From: Bilabrum cf. latius
Taxonomy: Eukaryota
Assembly (NCBI GenBank): GCA_965178125.1
Contig: OZ237749.1
Coordinates: 310,001-374,000, forward strand
DNA length: 64,000 bases
Direction of reading: 5' to 3'
Made by a program: the position numbers and the translations under genes. This document shows positions 48,547 to 62,200 of this stretch, in pieces; the first letter of the stretch is position 1, and each line of letters starts with the position of its first letter. The notes beneath the pieces were generated by a model that was not told where the DNA came from, did no database searches, and saw only the letters and a list, made by a program, of their open reading frames with translations.

Positions 48547-51500
48547 TCAAATGCCTTGCTTGCGTCCTGCTGCGTGTGGTGACATTCTATGCGCAGCAAG
48601 TACCGAGGCCTCAGCCTAAGCACGGACTGGGCTAACTCTACCAGCCTCAGCGCGGGCGTGAGAGGACTTCTCGCCTCCCCTGCGACCGCGCCCGTCACCA
48701 CCGCCATGACCGCCATTGCGGCCACGAGCAGGGCCACCATGGCCGAGCTGTCGTGGCACAACGGGGAGGTTGTAGTTCGAGGGCCCGATTCGAGCTGCAA
48801 TCGCGCGCTCTCGCCCTCTGTGGTCGCTGCCAAACTCCCACCACAGCCAAGCCTCAAACAGACGCGGCAAATCACCAGTCACATCGGGCACCACAGAGCC
48901 ACCACAACACACGCAGCCGCACAGAAAGGCACGGAACAGCACCTCACAGCCCATCGACAGGCATGCCAGTGCCGCTCCAAGAGCCGTGCACATGCAATCC
49001 AGAGGAGACACGGCAGCCGCCGCAGCATGGTGCAACACCATGCGCACGTCATCATCTCGGATAACATTATCATCCAGCAGTCGTTGCACTAGATGCACGT
49101 CGTGCTGGTGCACCTCACAAAGCGGGACATCACCATCCAGTGGAGGCAGCTGTTGCAACCACATTCGCGCATCTGTCTCTTGGCTACCATTAGGATTTGT
49201 CAGTTCAGACAATCTATGCACAGCGGCCGGCACGGGGGCAGGTTCTGCCAACTGCGGCCTTCTTGGCTCAGTGCCAGGCAATGCAGGCAAATCGGCACGG
49301 CCGGGTGAGGCAATTGCAGCTGCCAACGTCTTGTCTAATGGCGCAGATCTTGCCCCTGCGCAGCGTGCGCTCTCACCGTGCATGCGTTTACTGGTGTTGG
49401 AGACTCTGCCAAGCTGCACAACTGCACTACAGACTGATGCATCACGGACGACTGGGCTGGCACCTTGCATTCTGTGGGACGGAGGAGAACCACTAGCATT
49501 CCCACGACTTGGTAGAAGCATAGAATGGCCGTGCCATGAGATTCTGTCGGCTTTGGGCCCGCCACCTGCCACATGACGACCTGTATTTGCAGCCCCATCA
49601 GCTTCAAACCCTGCATCAGCCACGGGACTAGGCCTCGAGCTGACAGTGTAGGATGGGCCGGCTGGCGAGGGCGTGGTACCCTGGGCCGATGCTGTCCTTG
49701 GCGGGCTCGCCGTGTGAACGATGGAGTTGCCCGGGGTGTCTTGCGACTGCATGGGTCGGCGATCGAATGAAACCTAGTTTGGTAGTAAAGCAACCGGGTG
49801 CTGCGGCTACTGTAAATCGGCAGCCCCGCTTGTAGGTGCGTGTGCTTCGGCATGATTACTTCTTTGCTGCCCGTGCTTTGAAGATTCTATTCGAGGCGAT
49901 AGCTACACCCTGCCCAATCCATCCGGAACTACGTCTTCCCGTGACTGCTGATTCTAGATTGAGGCTGGACGTCGACTGCCGCCATCTCGGTCCACCTCTG
50001 GCGGTCTCAGTGCGCTGCTTGGGACATTGAATGGGACCGCTCGGCCGGGGCTGGTAGGCAGATACAGAGAGGTAGACTGTCGCTTGTGGCTCTAGCCAAG
50101 GCTATGACTCTACGACCCTCGGGGGCTCTCATGCTCGGACAGCTTTGCGAGGGCGGTGTGCCGCCGCTCTAGCAGCCTGTGATGGGCTGGAAGCTGCGAT
50201 GCAGGGGACACCCTTCTTGGCACGATTGAGGAACCCGCCCTAGGGATATGTAATGTTCTCGGCTTTTGCGTGGAGCCAGGTGCGCTGCCGAAAACATTCA
50301 CGCCTCTATCGAGCCTTGACATCTCGGATGATGCCATTGAGCCAAATCTTCCGAAAGAATTGGTGAGCTGCGGGCTACGGATCTCAGAAGCATCATCATC
50401 ATCTTCGGCGTCGCATTTCAGATTCCGTACTCGAGACACCTCGATGGCTGGGTGCGAGCCGGCTTGCCCGACAGAGTTTTTGACGCCTCGTTCCGATGTC
50501 GCAAGCGGCACAGCTGGACCATTGTTGGCATTTGCTGCGCTGCTGCTGGATGGTCTTGCCTCGGCGTCGACTCCAAGCGTAGGCATATGCTGGTGAGACG
50601 CACCGACGAGCCAGCCTTGCACACCCCCGAATCTAAGCTCGCTCTCGCGAGACCAGTGCCTGCCTCCGCGGTCGCGACTCGGATCCGTGCCAGTCCGCAT
50701 TTCAGACTCTGCGGTCATCAAACGTCCAATCATGGTGCCAACCGACGATGAATTGGTCCCGAGTCCCGGCAGTATGGTGGTGATGTGGGAAGACAGGTCA
50801 CCTGATATGCCTCGAACTCTGCTTTCCTGGGGGCTCTCCTTCGAGTCAACTGCTTCGATCCCTAACTGCTCCTAGGATTCGCGCTGGCTCTGGAAAAAGC
50901 TTCCTCTTGAGCTTTCCGCAGGTGCTTCTGAACCAATAGGAGAGGGCTCTACTCTTCCGCTGTTGTGCCTGCAGCTGCACATGCAGCATGGCAATGACTA
51001 CAGACAACAGGATTTGGCTCCCGCCGCATACCACCAGACAGCGTTCCATGCGTCGGATGCAGCGTGCAAGATCAAGGAGTCACGTACAACGCAGCACTCC
51101 TGGTCGTCTGGAGCAAAGCAACCCGTAGGCTGGCGAGACCTTCGGTTGACTGGGCTGCAGCAAGACAGGTACCCTGTGCCCTGGGCTGCTCGGAGTTGCC
51201 GTCTCTCTTTCCGTGCAGGTGCATGCCTCTTCCGCAAGTCATTAATGTAAGCCTTGCGCGCATCTAGCAGATCCATGCCGTCTGAGTGCAGCAGGTACTT
51301 TCGCATTCGAACTATGGTTTGCCGTAGGTGTGCCCTTCTGCAGAAGACCGAGTTGGTACACACACATAGCAGTCTATCGTTTTTGTGCGAGCCGTCACAC
51401 ACAGTCCCGAATACAGGCTGAATGGTAGCTCTCAGCATCATGGCGAAGGCTTTGGTGTCGTAATACCATGCTCGATGCAACCGTGTGGCCGAGTCCTCGT

Positions 51501-54108
51501 GGACGAGCTTAACCTCTGCTGCAAATGAGTCAGGCAGCTAGCTCATCAGCATTCCCTCTGGCAAACGGACCTGCTAGGAGATTGAATTGGCTCGAAATTG
51601 AATAAGGTGTTCTCGGGCACCCTGTGAACTGGCCGAGCTCCCGACACGCATTCTCATGGCATCTTGCGGAGGATATACTGATCTCAGCCCCGGTAGTATC
51701 CTTGTGTTGCTCGCAGTGCCATGCTGGACCCTCTCGGGAGCCTCGGAGTGAGACCGTACGGTATCACGAGATGCATTATGGCCTGTACCTGCCTGTGATG
51801 GCGGCATGGAAGGACTGATAGCTACTTCCTAGCTGGCCTAACTACCTCCCAGCACGTCGGGTCCCGAGGATACTGCAAGCCTGGGTGGCATTGTGCCCCC
51901 CTTCAATTGTGTGCCTGGTCGCAAAAGCGCCATCCTCTGCACGATTCCAGATCCGCTACGTGATGAGGAGCCGCTTGGGCGGGGGGCAAGCCGGCTCACT
52001 CCAGGTCGTGGCTGCTCGTCATTTGCTCGCGCTTTTCGCACCATTTGCCCTGCCTGCATTCTCGCAGCAGCAGGTCTGGAATCAGACAATGCTGAGGCTG
52101 CAGCATGGCCAGCTGCATCCGATTCCGTCGTGTTGCGGCTGGAACTAGTCGAAGCGCCGCCCAGCTATCGGTGCAAAGACCTGCGAGCTGCGTCATCCTG
52201 GTCGTCCTGAGCCGAATTATCACTGCTAGAAACATGTGACGACTGGACTGCATCACCACGACGCAGCCTACCGTGTCTTGAACCAGCGTGTCTGGAAGAC
52301 CCGTGCGCGTCTGTCGAAGTCGAAAGAGTGTCGGAATTGTGCTCGACGATCTCCTCTCCGTTCAAGTTAGCAGCGCCTGCTTCAGCACCCGAGTGAAGCT
52401 CCTCTGATCCGATGATCGGCTGTTCCTCTAAAGTGGGTGAGAGTTCACCGGCCTCGCGCACATTTCGAGCCCTGGTCAGCCTTGCCTCGACCACTTGGTT
52501 GCGATCCTGGAGCGGTGACGCACTACCACGCATTGCGGCCTGGTACCCAGTGCCGCTTGCGGCACTAGTGACGCTACTACGTCTCCTTCGCGATTGTCTG
52601 CTGCGACTTGACCGCATCTGGCTTGCCTGTTGGGTACCAATGCGTGAGACCTCCCGGGACCGTAGCTGAGGCGCTGCTGCGGGTTTCCACACCCCAATGG
52701 CTGTGACGGGGCGCCACATAGCCCGCATCACTTCTTCTTTCTGCGCATCTGACTGCAGCACAGGCTATGGAAGAGGTTCGCCAGTGTCACCTTGACCACC
52801 TCCGGGGCAAATTCCGTCATCATGGTCACCGGAATGAAAGGATGCTTCCCAGAATGCCCGGTTGATGACATAGGTCCGTTTGGTGTCAAGGGACGAGGAG
52901 ACACCTTTGACGGCAGGGGGGTCGGGCCAATGGTCGGTCAGGCCCAGATGGGGGCACAACTCGCGTGTTTGTCGCATGATGTTCATGTTGTCCAGCCATG
53001 CCTGCCACTCCGGATCTGCAGCACCGTACCGAGCTGCCCTACAGTCCAGGCCGGCCACTGCAGATCGAATACGACGAAGGCTTGCATAAACTGTCAGGTC
53101 TTGTGCGCTAGCATACAACCGAATCGACTGACGCATTCCAGTTGCTTCTCTAGATTGCTCGGCAAGATGCCTCGCCTACTCAAACCTGCCGTCTGCCAGG
53201 AACTGGAGAAGCATCCTGACGGTGATGCCTTGCTCTTGCGACCCGGTCTGCTCCACCCCTTCCCCCGACATAACTGTAGGGCTTTTGCCTACTCTTCGAA
53301 CGATGGTGATGATAGGGCGCCTCGAGGCTGCTCTCGAATCTGGATCTGTGGTGCCAGGCTCGCCAGGCTCATGCTAGACGTCGTTGGTTCTGGGCTACCG
53401 CGCATGATGCGTGGCCTCCCGGCTCTAGTCCGTGAGGGAATCATCGCCTTGTAGAGGACCTTCGTGAACATGTTCTACCTATTCCTGCGGCGTATCGTCG
53501 CGATATTCAGCATCATGGCCGTCGAGGTCGCTGCAGTTTGGAGTCTCTCGCGAGGGTTGCGGACCGCCACCTGCACCACCGCCCCAAGCATGACCCTGCA
53601 AGTCTGCAGAGCCTCGCCCGTATTGCAACATGATGCCATGCTACTTGTTCCAGCGATGGCTGGGAGCGTGCGGCCTTCGCATTGCGTCCTCAGTATCCCG
53701 TGACCCCGAGGACTCCAGAGGTCCATTTCGAGCATGCACGCCGTCACCACCTTTGTGCAAGCGCAACTAGGCTTTATCATGGTGATACTCTGCTTCGATG
53801 TCAAATTCGTGGTGAAGATGCTTGCCAAATGAGGTCGTTCGGAAGCTTGAGGCCCAAGTATTGGCAGGTTGCCCAGCGACACGGTCCATTTCGACAGCTG
53901 CACCCAGCTAGCCTGGCTGTAGAACGCCTGGTCCAGATTGTTGAGAATCTGAACTATCGTAGCTTGGCTATCGAGATCTCTCACCGCTGGAGGCTGCGAA
54001 GGACGCCGGACATGCGAATCGCGGAGCGTGCCAGTTGCAAGTCAATACAGGTCGTGCACAGGTTGCATTTGGGATTAACTCCTCACCATATCCTCCCAAG
54101 CCTTCCAT
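48547..54108 (-). CDS. Large hypothetical protein (~1853 aa)
   Basis: 5562-nt frame with more than 20 TAGs and no TAA or TGA until 48547. No recognised domain. Confidence 0.7.
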
Positions 54109-54876
54109 CTAGAACTAAATGACTGCTGGTAATCAATTAAATGGTCATGGTATGCCTGCACGGTGAACAAGCACAAGATACAGAATCCTGGATTGGATCC
54201 AGTCGTGCAACGGTTGAATCACGGCTTGGCACAGCTAATCGGATTTATAGAGTCATGATTATAGTACATTTTCTGTCCAGAGCACTACATTAGCGCAATT
54301 TCATGCCACATACACGAAGACTAAACCAGCACAGGCGGGCCAACAGCGGATTGCGACTTTAGCACGTTCTTCCAACAGAATGTCCATGCTTGACAAAATC
54401 AAGGCCAAGGCATTCGTTTTGTACCCCAAAGAGCTATTGGCAGAATAAGCTCACTAATTCAGGATGCAGCAAGCTTGTTGTACATGATTTGAGCTGCTTT
54501 CTACGTGGCCGGCGTTCTTCCAGATCTAGCAAAATACACACCGCGGCGCAGGCAAACACAATACCGCTGTATCCACTATACGCAACGCCTCAAGGAATTG
54601 CAGTGAATCGAAGGCCAGATAGGGAATCGTGTCCGCGTTTTGCAACGGAATCGATTCAGCTGGCTTTTAGGTCGCATGCGGCGGTCGCTGTCGGCCCGAG
54701 TCGCACCGTGACGCATGCAGCAAGTAGCCCGGTCCCATCCCGTTCGTCTGGTACATGGTGCAGGCTTTCTTTCACGACAGAGCATTTTGCAGTCGTTTCA
54801 TATTACTAGTGTACCTTGAAAATGCTGGAGCCGAGTTGCAATGTGTCTTGCTTGCTCGTGGCCAAGTCAGCCAGCA

Positions 54877-57047
54877 TCACCGAAAATCAACGAGCTGGTA
54901 ATCCATTGCGTGCCTTGGAAGCATCACCGCACCTTGGCCCCCTTTGCTCCTCCTGGACCCGCCCGCCCCGCCTTTCCTGTGCACCGCCACGTGCGGCGTG
55001 GTCTCGTACAGCAGCACTCCGTCAGGCACTGCCACCGCCCTGTGATCCGGCCTGGCCTTCACCGCCGACATCCCCTCGGGGTCTATCAGTCGAAACACCC
55101 CATAGGCCATCCGGGGGTCGCAAGGCGCCGCCACGATTGCCATTGCCTCGGGCAGCAGCTGCTGGAACCCCACGTGAGTCCTCACATCGTACGAGCTCAT
55201 GAAACACCTCTGGCTGGGGTGCGTATGAATCCAGCCGCACTGTATCAAGTCGTGCTCTATGCAGTAGTCGAACAGGTCCTCCTCGTTCAGCATTTCCACG
55301 GAATCTGGGTGCCCTTTCTGCTTTGGTACCAGGACATGCGTGATGACCAGGTCGCCCTTGGAGGACACCCCGCCGCAAAGCACGCCGCACGTCTCGATGC
55401 CCCTGGGAGGGACCCTGTTGTTGCTATCTGCCAGTGCTACGAAGGCATCCACCAGTCCCGCGGGCACGTGTGTTCGCCTGAGCGCTGGCTCTCCCCTGCC
55501 CCTGGGTGGGGCCCCCAGGAGACCCCTGATGACCCCCCCCTGGTCCAGCCAAGGCGGCGACCCCTTCCCGCTAGGGTAGGCATCCCGCCATCCTATCACA
55601 CCGTTCGAGGGGTTTGGCACCGTGCTTGGTACCACAACTGCTGGAACGCCCTCAACAGCTCCCAGCTTGGCCCTCCGTATGACCTCCGCCGCCGTAAGGG
55701 AGCTGCTGCTGTCGTAGGTCAGCTGCTCAGCGGATGGGGCCTCGGGAAGCGACCCGTAGCTGATCCGACTCAACGCCGCCTCCGTGGTGGCTGCACTGTC
55801 GTGCATTGCACTCCCAGTTGCAACCTTATGGTAGGAAGGAAGAGCGAGGGCGCCTCCGGACTGAGGCCCGGCACCACCATGCGATGCACCCGAGCCTGGG
55901 TAAGCGATGCTGCTGCCGGGCCCGGCGTAGGCTGGCTGTGCCGGCGCTCCCCGAATCCCCGATGCAGATCCTCGCGAAAAGCCGGCGCCAGTCACACCAC
56001 CGCCCACAGCACTAGCATACGAAGGCAGACCGGCAGAGTCTCCGACGGTGCTGCTGCCGCTGCCCGCGCGGCCCTCTCCAGCCTACCTAACGGAAGCAGC
56101 CGCGAGAGCTGACCGCCAGTCTGACTCACCCCCCGTGACAGGCGCCGCGCCTGTTGCGGAACCTCCCGACGGGGGCGCGCATGCACCGGGGGTCGCCTCC
56201 CCAGTGCCACCCCCTGCGCCGCTCGACATCTTGCTCCAATCAATGTGCACGGTGCCGGCGGCAGATGGTCCTGAACCGCCTGTCGCTGCTGTAGACGATT
56301 GCGGATCTGATGCGCGAGCGCCAGAGGAGGCCGGGGGCATTGGGGTCGGAGCTGCCCACTTGTTTACTACAGGCGCGATGAGTGCCATGGGGATGGAGCC
56401 AGGTGCTGCCAGCTGCGGCACGCCATCGTCGTCGTCTTCCAGGGAGTCTAGAAGCGCCTCTGCAGATAATTTTGCGGGTTCAGAGCTTTTTCTAGAGTCT
56501 GTACTCCCTGCAACCGGCTCGGAAGGTACTGGTTTCGAATCTGCGGAGGCTGCCGCGGCATGCTTGTCAGCAACAGCGGCCTGAGGGGGTGCGTGCTTCG
56601 CCTGGATGGAAAGCCGAAATTTTTCCTTGAGCTGCTCGAGTTCTCCGACAGCTTTGTCGGCCTGTTTTGCACACCATTCCCATTTGCTCTTATTCTAAGG
56701 TAGCTGGCATCCCTTGTGTCGGTGTATCGTTCGAGTGCAGAAGCTGCGGAGGGTGGCTAGGTTGGATGGCAGCCCACAGGTATGTTGGAGCGAGAAACAG
56801 CAGTATCCCACACCAGACGTGGTAAAATCCACCCTAAAGATTCTTACGTTGCAAAGCGTAGGTAAAACACGTACGCTAATGGATAGTTCGAGGCGAGCTG
56901 ATAGTTGCGCGCCTGCAAGAACTGCTATTTGCTTATCTTGACCAGGCTAGAGAAGGGATGGTCATTCGGCTTTGATATCATGAAAGCATTAGCTTGCTTC
57001 GAAAGCCCTTTGACAAAGGTGCTAAGCTCTTTCGCCTGGTCACTCAT
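54877..57047 (-). CDS. STAMBP: AMSH/STAMBP-like JAMM deubiquitinase; intron near 56744-56847
   Basis: IETCGVL, GWIHTHPSQRCFMSSYD, LPEAMAIV. N-terminal MIT-like AYVFYLRF segment joined over TAGs; TGA stop. Confidence 0.88.
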
Positions 57048-57287
57048 TCCGACGACTTGTCCGGGAAAACACTTGCACGCAGGCTGAATTGCCCGCAGTA
57101 CTGCAACACTGCAGTGATTGAGGCGTAGAGTGTAGTACACGCGCCAAAAAACGACCTCAACTAATTCAACAACGCGGGTAGATGCAACGCAACCCCCTGG
57201 AACGGCCGCCTGAATCCCTAGTCGTACTGGCTCCGAATTCGTGGGAAAAGAGTTGAGAAGCGCACCATATCAAGCCCGTTATTGAGA

Positions 57288-58130
57288 ATGAAAAGGTGTT
57301 CAGGTCTTGCAAAGAGTCTTATCATGCACACTGGCTGGGTCGTGTTGAGACCAACGGTTGCTAATAGAGCACTGTACCAGAATCAGCTTTGTTGCTGCAG
57401 CTCTGCTGCAACGAGCAGCATCAATGAGGAGGCTGAAACGGCTGATACAGGGAGAACCGTACGAAAGGAATCCATAGACACATAGAAAATTGAATCATCG
57501 GATGGAGTAGACATGTCCAGGTACCCAAAGGTCACTCCAGAGCGATATGCGAGGCTTGCAGCTCTGTCATCACCAGCCTTTTCGTCTGACGAAGAACGAA
57601 GACGACTGGTCGATGAAATTGTGCGAATTGATCATGCTGGAGAGTACGGTGCCGTGCGAATATACGAGGGGCAGGCTTGGGGGCTGAAAGCTCGGGGTGG
57701 CGATGACCGGCACACGTCAGAGCTTTTGTAGCACATGAAAGAGCAGGAGCAGCAGCACTTGGAAGCTCTCTCTGGCCTCATTACCGATAGAAGGGCTAGA
57801 CCAACTGCTTTGCTCCCAGTTTGGCACCTAGCGGGATTTGCCCTCGGCGCGGGGACTGCCTTGATGGGCCGAGAGGCAGCGATGGCTTGCACCGTGGCAG
57901 TCGAGGAAGCGATCGGGGAGCACTACAACGACCAGATCAGGGAGCTTCTGCAGCGTGGATACGACGAAGAGGAGCTCTGCAAGGTGCTCCAGATCAACCG
58001 AGACGAGGAGCTCGAGCACCACGACACTGCGCTTGAAGAGGGGGCTGAGCGAGCCCCTGGATTCAACGTGCTCAAGCAAGCGATCAAGGCAGGGTGCAAG
58101 GTGGCGATCGAGGTCACGAAACGGGTTTGA
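57288..58130 (+). CDS. COQ7: 5-demethoxyubiquinone hydroxylase
   Basis: RIDHAGEYGAVRIYEGQ, LL[TAG]HMKEQE..H, RPTALLPVW, AMACTVAVE, HYNDQ, RDEELEH; TGA stop. Confidence 0.95.
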
Positions 58131-58333
58131 ACCACCAATCCATGTCCAGGTGTCAGGTTTTTCATCAACGCGATTGCTTTCCTCGATTGGACGACAAGCA
58201 CTGCTCCGGTTGTGCACCGGTGACCAGTGCAGGCTGCAATGCTTGCAGGCTCCCAGTCACGAGGCGGTGTTGCAGCTGTGTACAGGTACATGACTTATAG
58301 GTAAATGCACGCTTGAGAGATTAAGAATGAGGA

Positions 58334-59142
58334 TCAGTCTTTCCCCGTTCTAGTTTTTGCACGTTCCGCATCATCCTTGGCCTCGGTGCCGTCCAGCTTC
58401 ACCGCTTCAATGCTGAGCAAGTGCATCTCAAAGGGGCCTTCCTACTTGTCTGAAATTAGCAGCGCGATGGATGTGAGCTGCCCCACATCTGTCACTGGTG
58501 CTGTGTCGATAGTCCTGCCGCGAAATGTAGGTGTCATGGCTCCCAGGGGCACCACGGTTGTGATTTCCTCCCCTTTCTTACCAACATCGAGCGAATACCG
58601 CTGACGAGTTCCTCCTGGAAGACTGCCACCCCCACAGTACAGCTGGTAGCGCTTTCCATCGCCAACTGCAGTTACTCGCAATGCGTCGCAACCTGCCTCG
58701 GATGCAGTCTCTATTTCTTCCTTTGGCAAGTCATCGCACTTGATGTGCGCAAACCCTCCATAATTTTCGAGGGAACTGCGGGAGATTCTGGCCAGATCGT
58801 ACGGAAATGGGTGTTCACTGGCCCGAATGCTCAGGTGACGTGGCGCTCGTCGCCTAGACTTACACGTGCCCGTAGAATACAAGCTCTGCTTCACTTGCGA
58901 GAGCTTTGCTAGCTGATCGACCTCCCATGACAACATCATCCCTATTGTACCTGCATGAAGGACGGAATGATAGAATGCTGCGAGTGATATCCAGTGAAAG
59001 CAGGCGATCCACCTGCAGTTGCAGTTGGATGCTCTTACCACGAGCTGAAGCCTATGCCAGGCCCAAATAGAGTGATTGCAAGACTTGAAACCCGTGAAAG
59101 CTACGATACTGCTCTTCGAGATACGCATGATGCAGCAGCCAT
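58334..59142 (-). CDS. CIA30/NDUFAF1-family protein, two introns
   Basis: Spliced W..DDVVMGGRS, SLENYGGFA, GDGKRY, PTFRGR, LISDK[TAG]EGPF; TGA stop. Confidence 0.85.
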
Positions 59143-59274
59143 ACCCGATAACTCTTTACAGATGACCTTGTATTGATGTGCACTCATCACTGTTGCTTCG
59201 GACGGATCGGGAGTGCCAGTGGGAGATCCAGCTGACTAGAACCTATGAACATGCACCTTCATATCCGACACAAT

Positions 59275-62200
59275 TCAACGACCACGCTTCGTGCGAGCCT
59301 ACTTCTCGCCCCGAGCCTGCCGCGGGGAGGAGGGAACCTTGCCCTTCCGCGGCGATCCGCCCTGCACGAGCCGCTGCGCTGACGCTGCAAGCCGGCTGCG
59401 CCTGTCACCGTCTCCCCCAGACCCGCGGACCCCCCTGCGAGCCTTTCCCCCGTCGTCCCTGCCACCGATGTAACCAGCCACCTCCATCCCGCCTCCGGTT
59501 CCGCCAGTGCGGCGCCCACCCCGTGGCGAGCCGCGCGCTGCAGTGCCGTGCACCGGCCGCCCCGACCGGGGACTCGACTGCCCTGAGTACCCAGAGGCCA
59601 CGCTCCTCTGCTCATGCTGCATGACCATCCTGGGTGAGCTGGGCCCTGGCCCTGCCACGCCGCTGGACCGACCCATGGGCGATTGCATGACGCCGCTCAT
59701 GCCTCCCCCCGCCATGCCGGCGCGCATGCCGGCCGCACCCGCTGCTGACATGACGTGTCGAAGGGAGCGCCACCGGCGCTGTGCTGCACCCTAACCCGGA
59801 ACCATCCCGCCCTAGACCGGAACCATGCCTGGCTGGGTCATCACCATCTAAGGCGAGCCTACCACCATCTAGGGCGAACCCATGGGGCTGGTGGTCGGTA
59901 CCATCACGTATTGCGGCTGCGGCTGTTGCTGTTGCACGTACACGATCTGCTGCCCCGTTCTAGGGTCTATGAAGCTCTGCGTGTGCTGCAGACCGCGCGG
60001 CTGCGGCATCATCGTCATGCGAGACTGGGATCCGAACGAGGCCATACCACCAGACACGAGGGGCGACATGGTGGGACCGCTCATGCCATACGGCGCCGGC
60101 TCGCCTTCGCCCTGTCTCACCGCCTGAGACCCAAACGAGAAGGCGGGGTTCCCCTTGCTGCCCCCTCTGGTGCTCCCAGCTTCGATAGACCCAGATCCCA
60201 TCGAGCCAGCATACTGAGCTGGCCTCTGTCTCACCCGGCCGCCGTCCCGCGGAGAAGCGGTGCTTGGATCCAAGCTGACGTGCGGCCCCGACCCCTGGGG
60301 ACCCATGGGCGAGAGCACGGGCCACTAATGCTTGGGAGCGCCCCCCTGTCGCAGTGGTGAGCTGCCAGTGGCACGGCCTGCGGTGCCGGTGCTGCCGCTG
60401 CCTTGGCTCGGTGGCTTCTGGACTCTGAGCTGCTGGCGCTGCGCCTCGGCGGCGGCTCGTTGCTCCATTGCCGCTTCTTCCTTGTCAAGCTGCTTTCGGC
60501 GCGCGTCGATCAGCTATTGTTCCTTCCTATGTCTCTCTTCCCTTGCCCGTTTCATCTGGGCCAATGCAGTGGCTGACGCAGCTGCCATGTCGGCTTCCGC
60601 CGCAGTTCCGGATCTGCTCAGCGTCTCCCTTACCTCCCTTTCCTGCCTCCTCTTCTCCTCTTCTGCTCTCTTCTTCGCCTCGTCGCGCCTTCGGATGGCC
60701 AGCTGCTTCTCTCGCTCAAGCATCTCCGCGCGCTCCATGGCCTTCTTGGCAGCCGAGTCCCGGTCCATGATCGTCTCGTTGAAGACCACTTCGAACCGTA
60801 CAACACGTATGCCCGACTTGCGGGTCATCGCCTCGAGCGCCGACACCCTCTTGGGGGACACGCGAAGCTTGACCATTTCGGACGGGGCGGGAAGCATGGC
60901 GTCGGCGGCGCCCAGCGAGGCATTGGCCAGTTGGATGGCATCGAGCATGCGCCGCCCCGCCGCACCCTTCACAACCGTTAGCCCGCTGGTTCGCACCAGG
61001 TCCAGCTGCGAATTGTAACGCAGCGTGACGGCTTTCAAGCGGGCCAGCACTTCCAGGAAATCGCGGCGCAGCCCGAGCTGCCCGCCCGCCTTCTGCTCCT
61101 GCACGTAAGCGTCCACCTTGCCTGGGACCAGACCACGAGGCCTCCCGTCCGCACCCACCAGCGTGCTGCCGGCCCCTTCGATCAGCAGCCTCGACTCAAC
61201 AAGGGCATCGATTGACCTGCTCCAGCCGCCCGGCACTGCACCGCTCCCGCCGCTCAATCCTCCGTGCCCGCCGCGTCCCACACCAGAGCTCATGGGTGGG
61301 TCCACGAGAGCAACGGCGAGACTTCGATGCCCCTTGGCGTACTCGATCCGAGGTAGTTCGGATCGCTGCACGTCGATCAGCGCCGCAAAGCGAGCAGATG
61401 CATTCGCTGCATCGAAGGATGCAGTCCCTGCGATGCCGCCGCCCCGCTTGGCAGCGTTTGTTGCGTTGCGCAACCGCCGCCGCTTTCGGCTGTCTTCCAG
61501 GATTTGCCTGCGGAGCGCCGCGGCGTCTGACACCTGAGCCACTGCGGTGGCAACAGCCAGCACGAATGCGTTCAGGCCCTTTGTGGAGATAGGATCCTCC
61601 CCATCCACCTCCACAAGGTCGGCTTCGAGCTCCTTGCGCTCCGCCTCTGTTAGGCCGTCTCGCTGCAGGGCTTTTGCCGCCGCTGCCGCAGCCTCCATGT
61701 CACTGCCTCCTTTGGACCTCGCTGCATCCGCAGCGTCCATTGCGATGCTGCGACGACGACCTTTGGCGGCCTGCGAAGCCCTCCGCTTCGAAAGACGCCT
61801 CTTCTTCAAGGCGGCAGCGACCGGGTCAAAATCGTCGTCATCGTCGCTGGACCCGCCCTCTGATGCGTCAGAGTCGCTGTCTTCAAGCCCAGCCAGCAGG
61901 CCTCCCGCAGAGGATGCAAGGGCAGCCTCCACAGCTGGATCCAACTTGCCCTGACCGTCATCGCTGCCCGCGCCAGACGCGTTGCCACCGCCTTCCAACC
62001 CCCCGGTCTCGTCGGAAGCTTTCAGGGCACCACCGCCGGCGGCGCTGGGTGGAGGTTGCAGCCCCCGGCGCGTCCCAGCCTTGGCTTGCAGGGAGCCAGA
62101 GGGACTTGAAGCTGTGCCCCCACCTGTCTTGGCATCAAGCTTTCCGCTGCTACTCGCAGACCTGTCTGCCAGTCCAGCGGTGAGGCCTGCACGTAGACCG

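Noticed and set aside
53289-53984. Separate gene from track ORFs 53475-53984 and 53289-53471
   Set aside because: They overlap the 5.6-kb frame on the same strand, soon reach a TGA, and show no recognisable motifs.
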